64,000 bases of DNA from Candidatus Nomurabacteria bacterium (GTDB lineage Bacteria > Patescibacteriota > Minisyncoccia > Phycocordibacterales > CALRBL01), in the NCBI GenBank assembly GCA_963834935.1, contig CAWIDS010000001.1:236499-300498 (forward strand). The letters are read 5' to 3'. The notes beneath the pieces were generated by a model, which was given only the letters and a program-made list of their open reading frames with translations, was not told where the DNA came from and made no database searches. This document shows, in pieces, positions 46,689 to 56,440 of this stretch. Position 1 is the first letter of the stretch, and each line of letters opens with the position of its first letter. The translations under genes were made by a program, and so were the position numbers.

Positions 46689-47435
46689 ATGAATACATTA
46701 AATCCAGACGAACGGCCCTTTATCTCAGGATTTGTCGATAATAAAGGTAAAACATGGCTTATTGACGGTGAAGCGTCAATAAGAGAAATTGAGGAGAATA
46801 CAAATGTTCAATATCAGAAAATTGATAACGAGAAAGATACTGCGGAACTGAAGGAAATTGTTAAACAGCTAGAAAGTCTTGAGAAAGAATTTGATAATAA
46901 AGAAACACTTATAAGGATCGCGAACGTGCTTGCGGCATTTGTCTTAAGGTATGTTCGTCACAATACGGAAGACATTATAGCAATGGGAAATATTCAAAAA
47001 TCCTCTACATATGTAAGCTTGGGGGAGTTATTTGTTGAAATCGCAAGTATATACATTCTGTATGTAGACAAATTTTCTCACAATTTCTTTAGTAAAGAGA
47101 ATAATAACTTTTTTTACGATCGATTTCTAGATGATTTCATCGCTTTAGCTATGCTAACAAACTACGGAATAAACGCACACGCTATGCAAGGTATATTTGT
47201 TGAAGAGTTAAATAGTCGCATTAAAGAATATGCTAAGTTCGATATTATTGGTTCTGATGTAAATCAAGAAGAGTCCCAAATATATCAATTAGGTATCAAT
47301 GTCACTAAAATACTAAAAAACCATAAACAAAAACACCTCCTGACAGGTGCTACGATCGATATCCTGATTCAGATTTATGTAATTAAAGAATTTACAGCCT
47401 TAGACCAAATATTCAAACGAATATTTACCCATTAA
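46689..47435 (+). CDS. Hypothetical protein (AT-rich insert)
   Basis: 248 aa. Flanked by two copies of a ~36-bp sequence encoding MDS(S/D)EILEL(I/V)KD. Confidence 0.45.
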   Translation: MNTLNPDERPFISGFVDNKGKTWLIDGEASIREIEENTNVQYQKIDNEKDTAELKEIVKQLESLEKEFDNKETLIRIANVLAAFVLRYVRHNTEDIIAMGNIQKSSTYVSLGELFVEIASIYILYVDKFSHNFFSKENNNFFYDRFLDDFIALAMLTNYGINAHAMQGIFVEELNSRIKEYAKFDIIGSDVNQEESQIYQLGINVTKILKNHKQKHLLTGATIDILIQIYVIKEFTALDQIFKRIFTH

Positions 47436-47439
47436 TAAT

Positions 47440-47583
47440 ATGGACTCCGACGAAATCCTTGAACTTGTCAAAGACGGTGTAATCGAACCAGACCAAGTCG
47501 AGGATTTTGAAGCGCTAGATGAAGAAATCCAGCAATTAGTTGCGGATGGTGATCTTGATATGGATGATGTGGTAAATCTCTAA
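47440..47583 (+). CDS. Small acidic protein (47 aa) whose 5' end is duplicated at 46598-46648
   Basis: MDSDEILELVKDGVIEPDQVEDFEALDEEIQQLVADGDLDMDDVVNL. A truncated 16-codon copy lies upstream of the inserted gene. Confidence 0.3.
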   Translation: MDSDEILELVKDGVIEPDQVEDFEALDEEIQQLVADGDLDMDDVVNL

Positions 47584-47753
47584 GGACATATGTTCTCAAT
47601 ATGAAAAGAAAGGTAAAACAAAATAAGCTAAAAGTAAAAATAGTTTTCAAAAAGGTAGAAGGCGTATCCGAATCAGAAATACAAAGGAGATGGGACAAAG
47701 CTTTTGATATACTTTTTGGCGAAGTGAAAAACTCTAAATAAGTCACATTGCTT

Positions 47754-48395
47754 TCATTTCGTTGTCAGATCCAAAATCATAACTTCCGGCTTGGGTGGTA
47801 ACAGACTTTCCGCTATATCCAACAAATCTACTTTTCTTACTGGCAGTGCCATCTTTTCCGTAAATAATTCAACAGGGTCGAGAGGAAATCCAAGCCCTTT
47901 AACTCCATAGTGCATGGGGATAACAATTTTCGGTTGTATCTTATCAACAATCTTGGCGGCTATTTCTACATTGATTGTAGGTCCGCCGCCAACAGGAATC
48001 ATGATGATATCGACACCCCTCAATTCCAGAGCTTGCATATCAGTCAACATATGGCCAAGGTCACCCAAGTGAGCAATAGTCATGCCATCAAGAGTGAATT
48101 TGAAAATGATATTTGATCCACGCTTGCTACCGCCCTCATTGTCGTGAAAAGTGTTTATTCCAGTAAATGTAATATTTTTCACTATAGTGGATCCACCAGC
48201 TGATATTACCGATGGATTACCGCTGACAGCCGAGACATAGTTATGATCCATATGCTGATGTGATACGGTGACTATATCCGCCTTGAGATCCTTTGGAAGA
48301 GTAAGACCGATCTTTGGATCAAACGGATCAGTGACAACGGCGGTGTCGTCGGTTTCTATGAGAAAGCAGGCTTGTCCGAACCATGTGATTTTCAT
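47754..48395 (-). CDS. Metallo-beta-lactamase-fold hydrolase
   Basis: HQHMDH (HxHxDH) motif. The start at MKITWFGQACFLIETDD is typical for the fold. Confidence 0.7.
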   Translation of the reverse strand: MKITWFGQACFLIETDDTAVVTDPFDPKIGLTLPKDLKADIVTVSHQHMDHNYVSAVSGNPSVISAGGSTIVKNITFTGINTFHDNEGGSKRGSNIIFKFTLDGMTIAHLGDLGHMLTDMQALELRGVDIIMIPVGGGPTINVEIAAKIVDKIQPKIVIPMHYGVKGLGFPLDPVELFTEKMALPVRKVDLLDIAESLLPPKPEVMILDLTTK

Positions 48396-48460
48396 ATGGA
48401 TATTATATATTAATATCAATTCTTGCACACCCGTGCACACCAAAGGATGATACAACGGCA

Positions 48461-49666
48461 TCAGTGCTGAAAGAAGCTTCCGTCCTCATTGTAGTTCTGT
48501 GATTTGGGAATACCGCAGGCATTCCAGATGAGATCGAATATAGGCCGTAAAAGTCTATCGACAGATTTGGACTCGTCTTCAAGGAGCTCACCGGATAGAA
48601 TCAAATCCTTCTGTAAAATAGGATGCTCACTATCAAATCGATGTCTTCCGTACGATGCAGTACCACCTCTTGTCATAGTCATACCTTTCACATTCAGCAA
48701 AGAGATCATTATTAGGATAGGTACACCAACCTCGATTTTTTTCATGATCTTTAATGCCCTTTCAACCCCGTCAATGATTTCGCCTTCCAACAATCCTGAG
48801 GCAATTATGGTGCCATCGCCACGATCGAGTATTGAACTGTTTACTAATTCTATTGCTCCATTCCTAAATATCTGAGTGAAAGAATGAGTGCCTTCACCTG
48901 CTACCACAGGAGAATAAGAAAACATGCCTTCAAGATTGACTCGGAACGGATTCCATCCCTGTATAGGATATATTGGTTTGGAGAGTTCTGTTTCACCTTT
49001 GAGAGAAAGCAGAACATCTTGACCAATGATCTTTTTTGCCGAAAAGCCTTCGAGAGGCAATAGATGTACAACCACCAGGTTGTTACTAGTAAGCGGAAGT
49101 GTGGTATTTCCGGTTTCAACGGCAAATAATCTCTCGGTGCGGAACTCGGCCATCCTTTTTTCAATGCCGTTTGATAGTGTGAAAATCTGTCGTAATTCTT
49201 CGACATCTAAGTCATATTTTCCTGCAGAAGTCCTTGCACAGAACCTATTACTTCCGCCACATGTTACGCGATGTGGTTTATTCCAGCTTTCGCGGATGCG
49301 AATGACAATGATGTATTCGCCAGGATTACCGGCGAGTATAGGATGGACAATAAATGGGAACCTTGGGTTGATTCCGGTGCGGATCATTCCCTCAATGCGC
49401 AATACTTCAGCATCTATGTTGTCTATTGCCAGTGGCCGCAATGCCATCGGCACGCCATTGGTGGCTTCTATGCCTAGAATCAAGTCTCCGCCAGCAGAAT
49501 TGGTAAATGAAGAGACGTCCGCCAAAAAATCTTTTTTCTGCGGGTCATTGCTGATGGATAGTCCTCGCTTGTATTCAATTGTCTTATCTTCTCGCACCGC
49601 AGAGGTGATGAGACCTTGAATATCCGATATTACTATGTCCTCAATCTTTTTTTGTATCATAGACAC
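48461..49666 (-). CDS. AlbA_2 (Schlafen-like, 'divergent AAA') domain protein, a putative DNA-binding or defence-associated protein
   Basis: N-terminal TIEYKRGLS...KDFLADVSSFTNSAGGDLILGIE matches the AlbA_2 signature (E.K...aFaN..GG.l.iGv). Confidence 0.55.
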   Translation of the reverse strand: MSMIQKKIEDIVISDIQGLITSAVREDKTIEYKRGLSISNDPQKKDFLADVSSFTNSAGGDLILGIEATNGVPMALRPLAIDNIDAEVLRIEGMIRTGINPRFPFIVHPILAGNPGEYIIVIRIRESWNKPHRVTCGGSNRFCARTSAGKYDLDVEELRQIFTLSNGIEKRMAEFRTERLFAVETGNTTLPLTSNNLVVVHLLPLEGFSAKKIIGQDVLLSLKGETELSKPIYPIQGWNPFRVNLEGMFSYSPVVAGEGTHSFTQIFRNGAIELVNSSILDRGDGTIIASGLLEGEIIDGVERALKIMKKIEVGVPILIMISLLNVKGMTMTRGGTASYGRHRFDSEHPILQKDLILSGELLEDESKSVDRLLRPIFDLIWNACGIPKSQNYNEDGSFFQH

Positions 49667-49743
49667 ATTCTAACATTAATGGCCATGGATCAATAAGTAA
49701 TGTTGGATGATGACCGAAAGGATTTTGCTATTGACGTTACCTG

Positions 49744-50328
49744 TTGTGTAGATATAGAGTGTACGGTATGGACATAAAAGATAGAAAAAGACTAGAAAAA
49801 TTTATCCTGATCGCCGACAGAATATTTAATTCACGGTTTATAAAAGAAACAAGGAGCATAAAAATGCAAATTAATATAGAAATAGGAAAACCTGTGGAAC
49901 AAAAAATTGAGGGGCTAGATGAGGATCTCATGCGATCAGCTCTGATAGACATCAGGAAGCTTCTCTTACCAAAAGATGGTATAAAATTCACCGACATTTG
50001 TAATCTTATAATCAAAACAACGGCAGATAAAAAAAATGAAGAGGAGACGAATGGTTGGCTTCGTCTATATGATGGGTTGATGAATAACATTCCACCGGTT
50101 CATATCGTCACAGGGCAAAAACTCCACAAAAATGACAAAGTTATTGAGAATTGGCTTTACGGCTATTATCTTCACGATGACGAGGCCAAAACAAAGGAAC
50201 TTGAAAGCATGGGTTTTCTTCTAGCTACGCATAAATACATCTTTGTCTCTACAATCCTCACCCTTGCCCGGTTTGCATATGGACTATCTAAACAGGCAAG
50301 GATAGTCCTAGCAGAGCAAACAGCATAA
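49744..50328 (+). CDS. Hypothetical protein
   Basis: 194-aa ORF with no motifs. Confidence 0.35.
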   Translation: MCRYRVYGMDIKDRKRLEKFILIADRIFNSRFIKETRSIKMQINIEIGKPVEQKIEGLDEDLMRSALIDIRKLLLPKDGIKFTDICNLIIKTTADKKNEEETNGWLRLYDGLMNNIPPVHIVTGQKLHKNDKVIENWLYGYYLHDDEAKTKELESMGFLLATHKYIFVSTILTLARFAYGLSKQARIVLAEQTA

Positions 50329-50365
50329 AAAAGGATAAGTTTTCTTATATCTCGTAACTTACACT

Positions 50366-50932
50366 CTAACTTTTAGGAAAATTTATCTTTAAGATATCCA
50401 AAAATAAATTTGTTCCGGTTGAGATCATTACGCCGAGATAAAAAGCAATAAAAAAGCCCATGATTACGGAAATGACTATTACCGATCTTTGTAAACGAGT
50501 TTTTTGTCTATTACCAATACCAAAAAATCTGCGCGTCACAGGAAATATACCTAGTATTTGATGAACAAGATCAGCCTCGAACCAGTATGAGATTATCGTC
50601 ATAGGAATAAAGAGAAAGATATCCCAAAATGCTCGATATTGATACAGCCAGCAATATATGATCCCGATAACGCTCCAGAGCATGACATATCTGAAGAGAA
50701 ACAAACGCCATGTTACTTGCTCAGGAAACTTGAACCATATTTCGAGCCACAAAAGGACAATGCCGCCAGTTAGAAGAAAAAGTACTATGCCAGCTGCATA
50801 ACTCGGCGAGAGGTCTTTGGAAAAGACGAAAAGGGCGGCAATTACAGCCAATGCCGATAAAAGTGCCTCGTTGTCTTTAATGAACGATTCAAGTGATGTG
50901 CCCGTATCATTTATCTGAATATTTCGCGCCAT
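50366..50932 (-). CDS. Membrane hypothetical protein
   Basis: 188 aa, five TM helices. Confidence 0.45.
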   Translation of the reverse strand: MARNIQINDTGTSLESFIKDNEALLSALAVIAALFVFSKDLSPSYAAGIVLFLLTGGIVLLWLEIWFKFPEQVTWRLFLFRYVMLWSVIGIIYCWLYQYRAFWDIFLFIPMTIISYWFEADLVHQILGIFPVTRRFFGIGNRQKTRLQRSVIVISVIMGFFIAFYLGVMISTGTNLFLDILKINFPKS

Positions 50933-51272
50933 ATATCAGCAGACTATATCTGATTCCTAAAAACAGCAAGCCATCATTGATTTGGTAAATTGTTGGTAAC
51001 TCGACTTCGCAAACTCCCATATCTAAGCTAGGGTACAATCAGATAGCCAAAAGTGCTATTATATGTTTACAACTTAATATGCCTAACCCCTTAAACCTTG
51101 TGGTTTTAGGACATGGCGCTAAAACCTACTAGAGCATAAAAGACTCCTCGTCAGAGTCACTCTAGTAGGTCATATCTGGAAACGGGTATGGGTGGGGCCG
51201 AAAGGTTTCATCGCGATGGCGAGGAGCCTTTTGTGCAGGCTATTCTCATCCGCTAAATCCTACTAGGGTGCA

Positions 51273-52343
51273 ATGTCAATAATTATTTCAACCAACGGCA
51301 AAAAAGCCGTAAAGGTGGACAAGTCCGCCTTCGACAAAGAACACAAGCTACAGGAATATATCTACGAGAATCCCGAGAGTATACCGCTCTATGAGATCAA
51401 GGAAGATATCCGTCTCCTCATTCTTGCCCGAGAATTTCCGACATCAAGCGGTCCCATAGACGCTGTCGGCATCGACAAATATGGCGAACTCTATATAGTC
51501 GAGACAAAGCTTTTCAAGAATCCAGACAAACGCACGGTCATAGCACAAGCTCTCGACTACGGAGCCGCTCTTTGGAAGCATTCGAGTGACTTTGACGACT
51601 TTATCAGTACTCTTGATCAACATACTCAGAAGATGTTTGGCATGAGGATGACCGATAAGATAAAGGAATTTTTTAGCATGACCGACGAAGAGGTTTTACA
51701 GGTGATGGATCGCGCAAGAGCCAATCTAAACAATGGTTCTTTTCATTTCGTCATTCTCATGGATGAGCTTGGCGACAGACTGAAAGATCTAATTCTCTAC
51801 GTCAATCAAAACAGTCAATTTGACGTCTATGCAGTCGAGCTTGAATATTATAAGCACGAAAATCAGGAGATTATCATCCCGCGCATATTCGGTGCGGAAG
51901 TGAAGAAAGACGTGGGTACTGCCAAAAACACTGGTCCGCGACAATACTGGACTGAGGATATGCTTATTGAAGATGCTAAAGACAAATATTCTTCAGAAGA
52001 ATTCAAGGCCTTTCAGGAAATATATGAATTTTCAAAGAAAACTGCTGATAAGGTACGTTTTGGCACCGGCTCATACGGAACATTCAGTCCGGTTTTTGAA
52101 AAAATATGCCAGCGATCAATGTACACGCTCGGTACTGACGGCAGATTAAGTTTTAATTTCGATTGGATCGCAGACAAGAAATTATGCAAGGACTATGCCC
52201 AGTCTCTTGAAAAGGCAGGCTTTACTATTGATCAAAGCATTGCACAGGGAGGTTTTACCAAGAGACCGAGTGTTCTCGTGGACGAGTGGGTGCCGAAGGC
52301 AAGAACATTCGTTGAGATAATCAGAGAGCTCGTTAATAAATAA
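51273..52343 (+). CDS. PD-(D/E)xK nuclease-superfamily protein
   Basis: N-terminal IDAVGIDKYGELYIVETK has the D...E.K catalytic arrangement. C-terminal domain unknown. Confidence 0.5.
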   Translation: MSIIISTNGKKAVKVDKSAFDKEHKLQEYIYENPESIPLYEIKEDIRLLILAREFPTSSGPIDAVGIDKYGELYIVETKLFKNPDKRTVIAQALDYGAALWKHSSDFDDFISTLDQHTQKMFGMRMTDKIKEFFSMTDEEVLQVMDRARANLNNGSFHFVILMDELGDRLKDLILYVNQNSQFDVYAVELEYYKHENQEIIIPRIFGAEVKKDVGTAKNTGPRQYWTEDMLIEDAKDKYSSEEFKAFQEIYEFSKKTADKVRFGTGSYGTFSPVFEKICQRSMYTLGTDGRLSFNFDWIADKKLCKDYAQSLEKAGFTIDQSIAQGGFTKRPSVLVDEWVPKARTFVEIIRELVNK

Positions 52344-52351
52344 AAATTGTC

Positions 52352-53698
52352 ATGAATAATATAAAAAAATTCTTTGCTACCACAAGAGGTAAAGTTGCTG
52401 GCGTAGTTGTAGTGTTAGTGATCGGAATTATTGTTATTTCAATAATCAGTTCATCTGGAAACCAGACTTCTGCTCCAGTTGTAGCAACAACCCCTATCCC
52501 AACAGTCCCTCAACCTGTCTCTGCTGACGGTTTTGTTTCTACAACAAGCGCACAATTTGGTGTAAAGACCGAGGTGATTGACGGCGTATATTTGACCATA
52601 AGCAAACCCCAAAACTTTACCGAGAATGATTCAATGCAAGAACAACCTGCCGCCGGGGATAAATATATAAGCATCTATGTTTCTTTTGATAATGAATCAC
52701 AGAACCCGATTGGTTACAACGACTACGACTTCACGGTTGTTGATAGTTCAGGTGAAAGTTATAAGTCGGCTATTGCTATCAAATCTCCTGATCTTAACGA
52801 TGGTACTCTTAATCCGAACAATCTTGCTAGTGGTAATGTAGTTTTCGAAGTTCCTAACACATTACCGACAACGCAATTTACAGTTCACTGGGAATCAGAA
52901 GAATATCCTCAGACAACCGTCGATTTCAGTGGATCGGCAAATAGCCAGACGACAATTCAACCTGTGGTAACCAAGCCTGTTTCCGTTCCAGTAGTCCAGT
53001 CAGTGAAGCCAGTGCCAACACCGACTCCTGTTGCGCCTGTGACGACTGCGCCAGCGCCAACATCTGTCTCAACACCACCATCACCACCGCCGACTCAGCA
53101 GACACTGCTCAATATTTCAGGGGAAGGAAGCAAATCGACCCAAGAGTTTACGGTGGTTGGTGATTGGCAGATACAATATACCTACAACTGTTCGAATGAT
53201 GGCGACAGAGGCAATTTTCAGGTCTATATCGACAATAGTGATGGATCTGACTCTGGCATGATCGGAATCAATGAGCTCGGAGCTTCAGGATCTGACACAG
53301 AATACTATCATCAAGGCGGCACGTATTATCTTGAGGTTAATTCTGAGTGCAGTTGGACTATTCAAGTTACAGCGGTTCAGCCCCCATCGGTCAATCAACC
53401 ATCACAATCGACCAATCTACAGACTGTCATGAACATTTCCGGCCAAGGAATGAAGTCGACACAGAGCTTTACTGTGAATAGCGAATGGCAGATGGTGTAT
53501 AACTACAATTGCTCGGCCGCCGGTGGTACTGGAAATTTTCAAGTCTACATAGACACTAGCGGTGGAAATCCTGCTGACATGTCCGGTCCGAATGAACTTG
53601 GTGCTTCGGGATCAGATACTGATTACTATCACGAAGCCGGAACATATTATCTCGAAATCAATTCGGAATGTTCTTGGAATGTTCAGGTCAAGGAATAA
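52352..53698 (+). CDS. Membrane-anchored secreted protein with two tandem ~95-aa Cys-containing domains
   Basis: N-terminal TM helix, PT-rich linker, then the duplicated module ...GNFQVYID...NELGASGSDT.YYH..GTYYLE.NSECSW..QV. Confidence 0.5.
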   Translation: MNNIKKFFATTRGKVAGVVVVLVIGIIVISIISSSGNQTSAPVVATTPIPTVPQPVSADGFVSTTSAQFGVKTEVIDGVYLTISKPQNFTENDSMQEQPAAGDKYISIYVSFDNESQNPIGYNDYDFTVVDSSGESYKSAIAIKSPDLNDGTLNPNNLASGNVVFEVPNTLPTTQFTVHWESEEYPQTTVDFSGSANSQTTIQPVVTKPVSVPVVQSVKPVPTPTPVAPVTTAPAPTSVSTPPSPPPTQQTLLNISGEGSKSTQEFTVVGDWQIQYTYNCSNDGDRGNFQVYIDNSDGSDSGMIGINELGASGSDTEYYHQGGTYYLEVNSECSWTIQVTAVQPPSVNQPSQSTNLQTVMNISGQGMKSTQSFTVNSEWQMVYNYNCSAAGGTGNFQVYIDTSGGNPADMSGPNELGASGSDTDYYHEAGTYYLEINSECSWNVQVKE

Positions 53699-53742
53699 TT
53701 CAATAATAGAAATGTAAAACGACCGTGTAATTTATGTTTTTT

Positions 53743-53884
53743 CGTGTGGCACTCCTAACTACATAATAAATATATGGTTATCAAGACTCTTATCATCGGC
53801 TTTACTCCGCTTAATGACACAACAGGTCAAAAACCTCGCGCTATTCGTGATGACGCATACATGAAGGAGTTGCTTGCCAAGTTT
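53743..53884 (+). repeat. Left copy of the 142-bp direct repeat flanking the IS1634-like element; it duplicates the 5' end of gene 55562..56440
   Basis: Identical to 55531-55672 from CGTGTGGCACTCC through GCCAAGTTT. Confidence 0.85.
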
Positions 53885-55530
53885 CCTGACTTCCGATTTG
53901 CAACACCCTCACTTCCATACGGCATCGTAAAGTAACTGCTGCTCATCGTCCAATTTCAGTATGTTTTTCTCCGATTTTTTTGAGTCTGGCAATATGTAGT
54001 GGAATTCATACATCGTGTGAGTCAACTCTCCGGCTCGTTTCGGACTCATTTCAATCTTCTTTTCTGAGAGAAGCCTCTCCAACTCTTTCCAAATGCTGTA
54101 GGCAACAAAAGCGATACAGAGATGAGCTTCGATCCTTTTCCTTCTGTAATGATATATCGGTCGAATACGCAGATCGGTTTTTGATATTCTAAAAGCTTTT
54201 TCAATCTGCCAGAGGTGGCTGTAATTCTCAATCACTTTTTCCGAAGACAGGCCGGTGTTCGTTACATACCCCTTGAGACCATCCCACATCTCATCATTTT
54301 TGATTTTTTCTTCATCAATTGTTACAGATACATCTTGTGAGAGGTTGAGAAACTTGTTGTAGCCGCGATTAGTGATGGAATCTTTTGTTAGTATTCCACT
54401 TTTCACTTTTAGACGGAGCTTTTTCAACCCCTTCTCGCGATTATGCTCATCTTTTCGTGCGCGCTTTTCGCTTAAAGAAACAATCAGTTGGTTGCCGTCT
54501 CCTTTCGCAATCACACAGGTATCGCCGTATCTCATATTCCCTCTTGAAAGCAGAATCTCTTTTTTGATCGCTTCTGTTTCGTTTTTGATCCTAGCTCCAA
54601 TGATGAAAGTGTATTTTTCTTTGACCAATTCCTCCAAAGTATTTTTGGAAAGCATGGCGGCGTCTGCGACCACAATTGGCTTTGTAAAGCCATATTTCTT
54701 CTGTAGTTTTTTGAGGATCGGTATCAATGTTTTTCCTTCGAAGGTATTGCCCTCAAAGATATCATAGCCAATGGGATATCCACCTTCACCAACGAGGAGT
54801 CCTACCATGATCTGAGGACATTGGAACTTGCCGTCTTTGGAGAAGCCGATCTTTCTCAAATCATCCTCGTCTTCCGTCTCGAAGTACAAAGTGGTCATAT
54901 CGTAGAAGACGACGGATATGGTGCCGATGGTTTTCTTGGTATGTTCGTAAGATATCTTTTCAACTGTTCTCTTGTGCACATCATTAAGAGTATCGAGGAA
55001 ACGGTACACCGTATCCTCGTGCGTGTGTATTCCTTGATATCTGTACAAGTAATCAACCGTTTTCAGTTTGCTTGTCGGGTAAGCTAGGCGAGCGACGACC
55101 AAATGACGGAACAACGGCTCTTGTATGATATTGAAGCCGATACGGTCAAAGATGGTGCCAAAGATGAGTTCTGGGCCGATTGTCCGTACAGAGGCATTTT
55201 CGAGTGTATTAAAAAAATTCTTGATGACAAGATCGTTTGTAGAAAGATTGGAAAACAAAGGGGACGAATCCGTTGGATTTTGAACAAAAGCTCGAGCTTT
55301 AAAAAGCAATATTTCAATCTCATTTGGATCTTTTGATGTTCCGAAGGTCTTTACAACGATGTAACGATCATTCTTTTTCTCGATTGCCTGGACGGAAACT
55401 GATCCGCTTCGATTCTTTAATTTACGAATGAACATTCCCCAATATTACTCGTGCAACACCCACTTTTCAATGGTCAGCGTGGAAGAATATGGATATTTTA
55501 GGTGTTCAAAAGGGGTGTGCGGAAGTCAGG
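53885..55530 (-). mobile_element. IS1634-family (IS4-superfamily) insertion sequence with 11-bp terminal inverted repeats CCTGACTTCCG
   Basis: The left end CCTGACTTCCGATTTG matches the reverse complement of the right end CCTGACTTCCGCACAC. The element is flanked by 142-bp direct repeats. The family is known for long target duplications (established knowledge). Confidence 0.7.
53909..55435 (-). CDS. IS1634-family DDE transposase
   Basis: 508 aa. DDE_Tnp_1-like core with VVADAAM and the downstream acidic residues. The size fits IS1634-group transposases. Confidence 0.7.
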   Translation of the reverse strand: MFIRKLKNRSGSVSVQAIEKKNDRYIVVKTFGTSKDPNEIEILLFKARAFVQNPTDSSPLFSNLSTNDLVIKNFFNTLENASVRTIGPELIFGTIFDRIGFNIIQEPLFRHLVVARLAYPTSKLKTVDYLYRYQGIHTHEDTVYRFLDTLNDVHKRTVEKISYEHTKKTIGTISVVFYDMTTLYFETEDEDDLRKIGFSKDGKFQCPQIMVGLLVGEGGYPIGYDIFEGNTFEGKTLIPILKKLQKKYGFTKPIVVADAAMLSKNTLEELVKEKYTFIIGARIKNETEAIKKEILLSRGNMRYGDTCVIAKGDGNQLIVSLSEKRARKDEHNREKGLKKLRLKVKSGILTKDSITNRGYNKFLNLSQDVSVTIDEEKIKNDEMWDGLKGYVTNTGLSSEKVIENYSHLWQIEKAFRISKTDLRIRPIYHYRRKRIEAHLCIAFVAYSIWKELERLLSEKKIEMSPKRAGELTHTMYEFHYILPDSKKSEKNILKLDDEQQLLYDAVWK

Positions 55531-55672
55531 CGTGTGGCACTCCTAACTACATAATAAATATATGGTTATCAAGACTCTTATCATCGGCTTTACTCCGCTT
55601 AATGACACAACAGGTCAAAAACCTCGCGCTATTCGTGATGACGCATACATGAAGGAGTTGCTTGCCAAGTTT
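55531..55672 (+). repeat. Right copy of the 142-bp direct repeat
   Basis: See 53743-53884. Confidence 0.85.
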
Positions 55673-56440
55673 GAAATAGGCGAAGTCCATTTTGCGACAT
55701 ATTCAAACTGGCAGGAGACCATACGCGATCTGGATCCGATCATCATTATTGTTTTTGGTGAGTATTATGCTCAGCAGGTAAAGGACATAAAATCTGACGC
55801 GCTGGTGTACCTCACCGATGATCCCGGCTCCATCTTTTATCGTAAAGCCGAGACTGAAGCCAAGAAAGAACATCAGAAAAAGGTTTTTAGTGAAATAGCT
55901 GGTATTGTAAAGCAAATAGAGGAAGGAGGAGAAAAGGAATTATTATCAGTGCGCAAATTCGCGGCCATGTCGTTCAAAGATATGTACGATATGATAGTTC
56001 AAGCGATAATCGGCGACGACAAAAAACTCAGGGAACAGGCATGGGGACTACTGAATGATAACAGTAGCCATAAAGATTTTGTTTGGATGCGCGTCAAGCT
56101 TATCTGTGAAGTTTGGGATCATGGAGACGGAAAACATAAAGAGCAATTCATGTGCATGGCCATGAATCAGCACATTGATAACGGCATAGCTAGAAAAATG
56201 CAAAATTTTACCGATGAATATGGCCAAGTATTCCATCAGTATATGTTCACTGATTTTTGGGGTCGAGATTTGAATTACATAAGGCGAATTCCATTCGGTG
56301 AAAAAGGTCAGGACAAATACGCCTATGAGGCGATATTAACGAAGTACGAAACGCCTATTGGTCCTCGAATAATGCTTGAGGCAGGAGAGATGAGAAAAAA
56401 GAGAGAAGAATACACAAAGAAAGAAACCAAAAGTCTATAG
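55562..56440 (+). CDS. Hypothetical protein whose 5' end was duplicated by the IS insertion
   Basis: 292 aa. The first 37 codons recur at 53779 fused to IS sequence. Confidence 0.5.
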   Translation: MVIKTLIIGFTPLNDTTGQKPRAIRDDAYMKELLAKFEIGEVHFATYSNWQETIRDLDPIIIIVFGEYYAQQVKDIKSDALVYLTDDPGSIFYRKAETEAKKEHQKKVFSEIAGIVKQIEEGGEKELLSVRKFAAMSFKDMYDMIVQAIIGDDKKLREQAWGLLNDNSSHKDFVWMRVKLICEVWDHGDGKHKEQFMCMAMNQHIDNGIARKMQNFTDEYGQVFHQYMFTDFWGRDLNYIRRIPFGEKGQDKYAYEAILTKYETPIGPRIMLEAGEMRKKREEYTKKETKSL

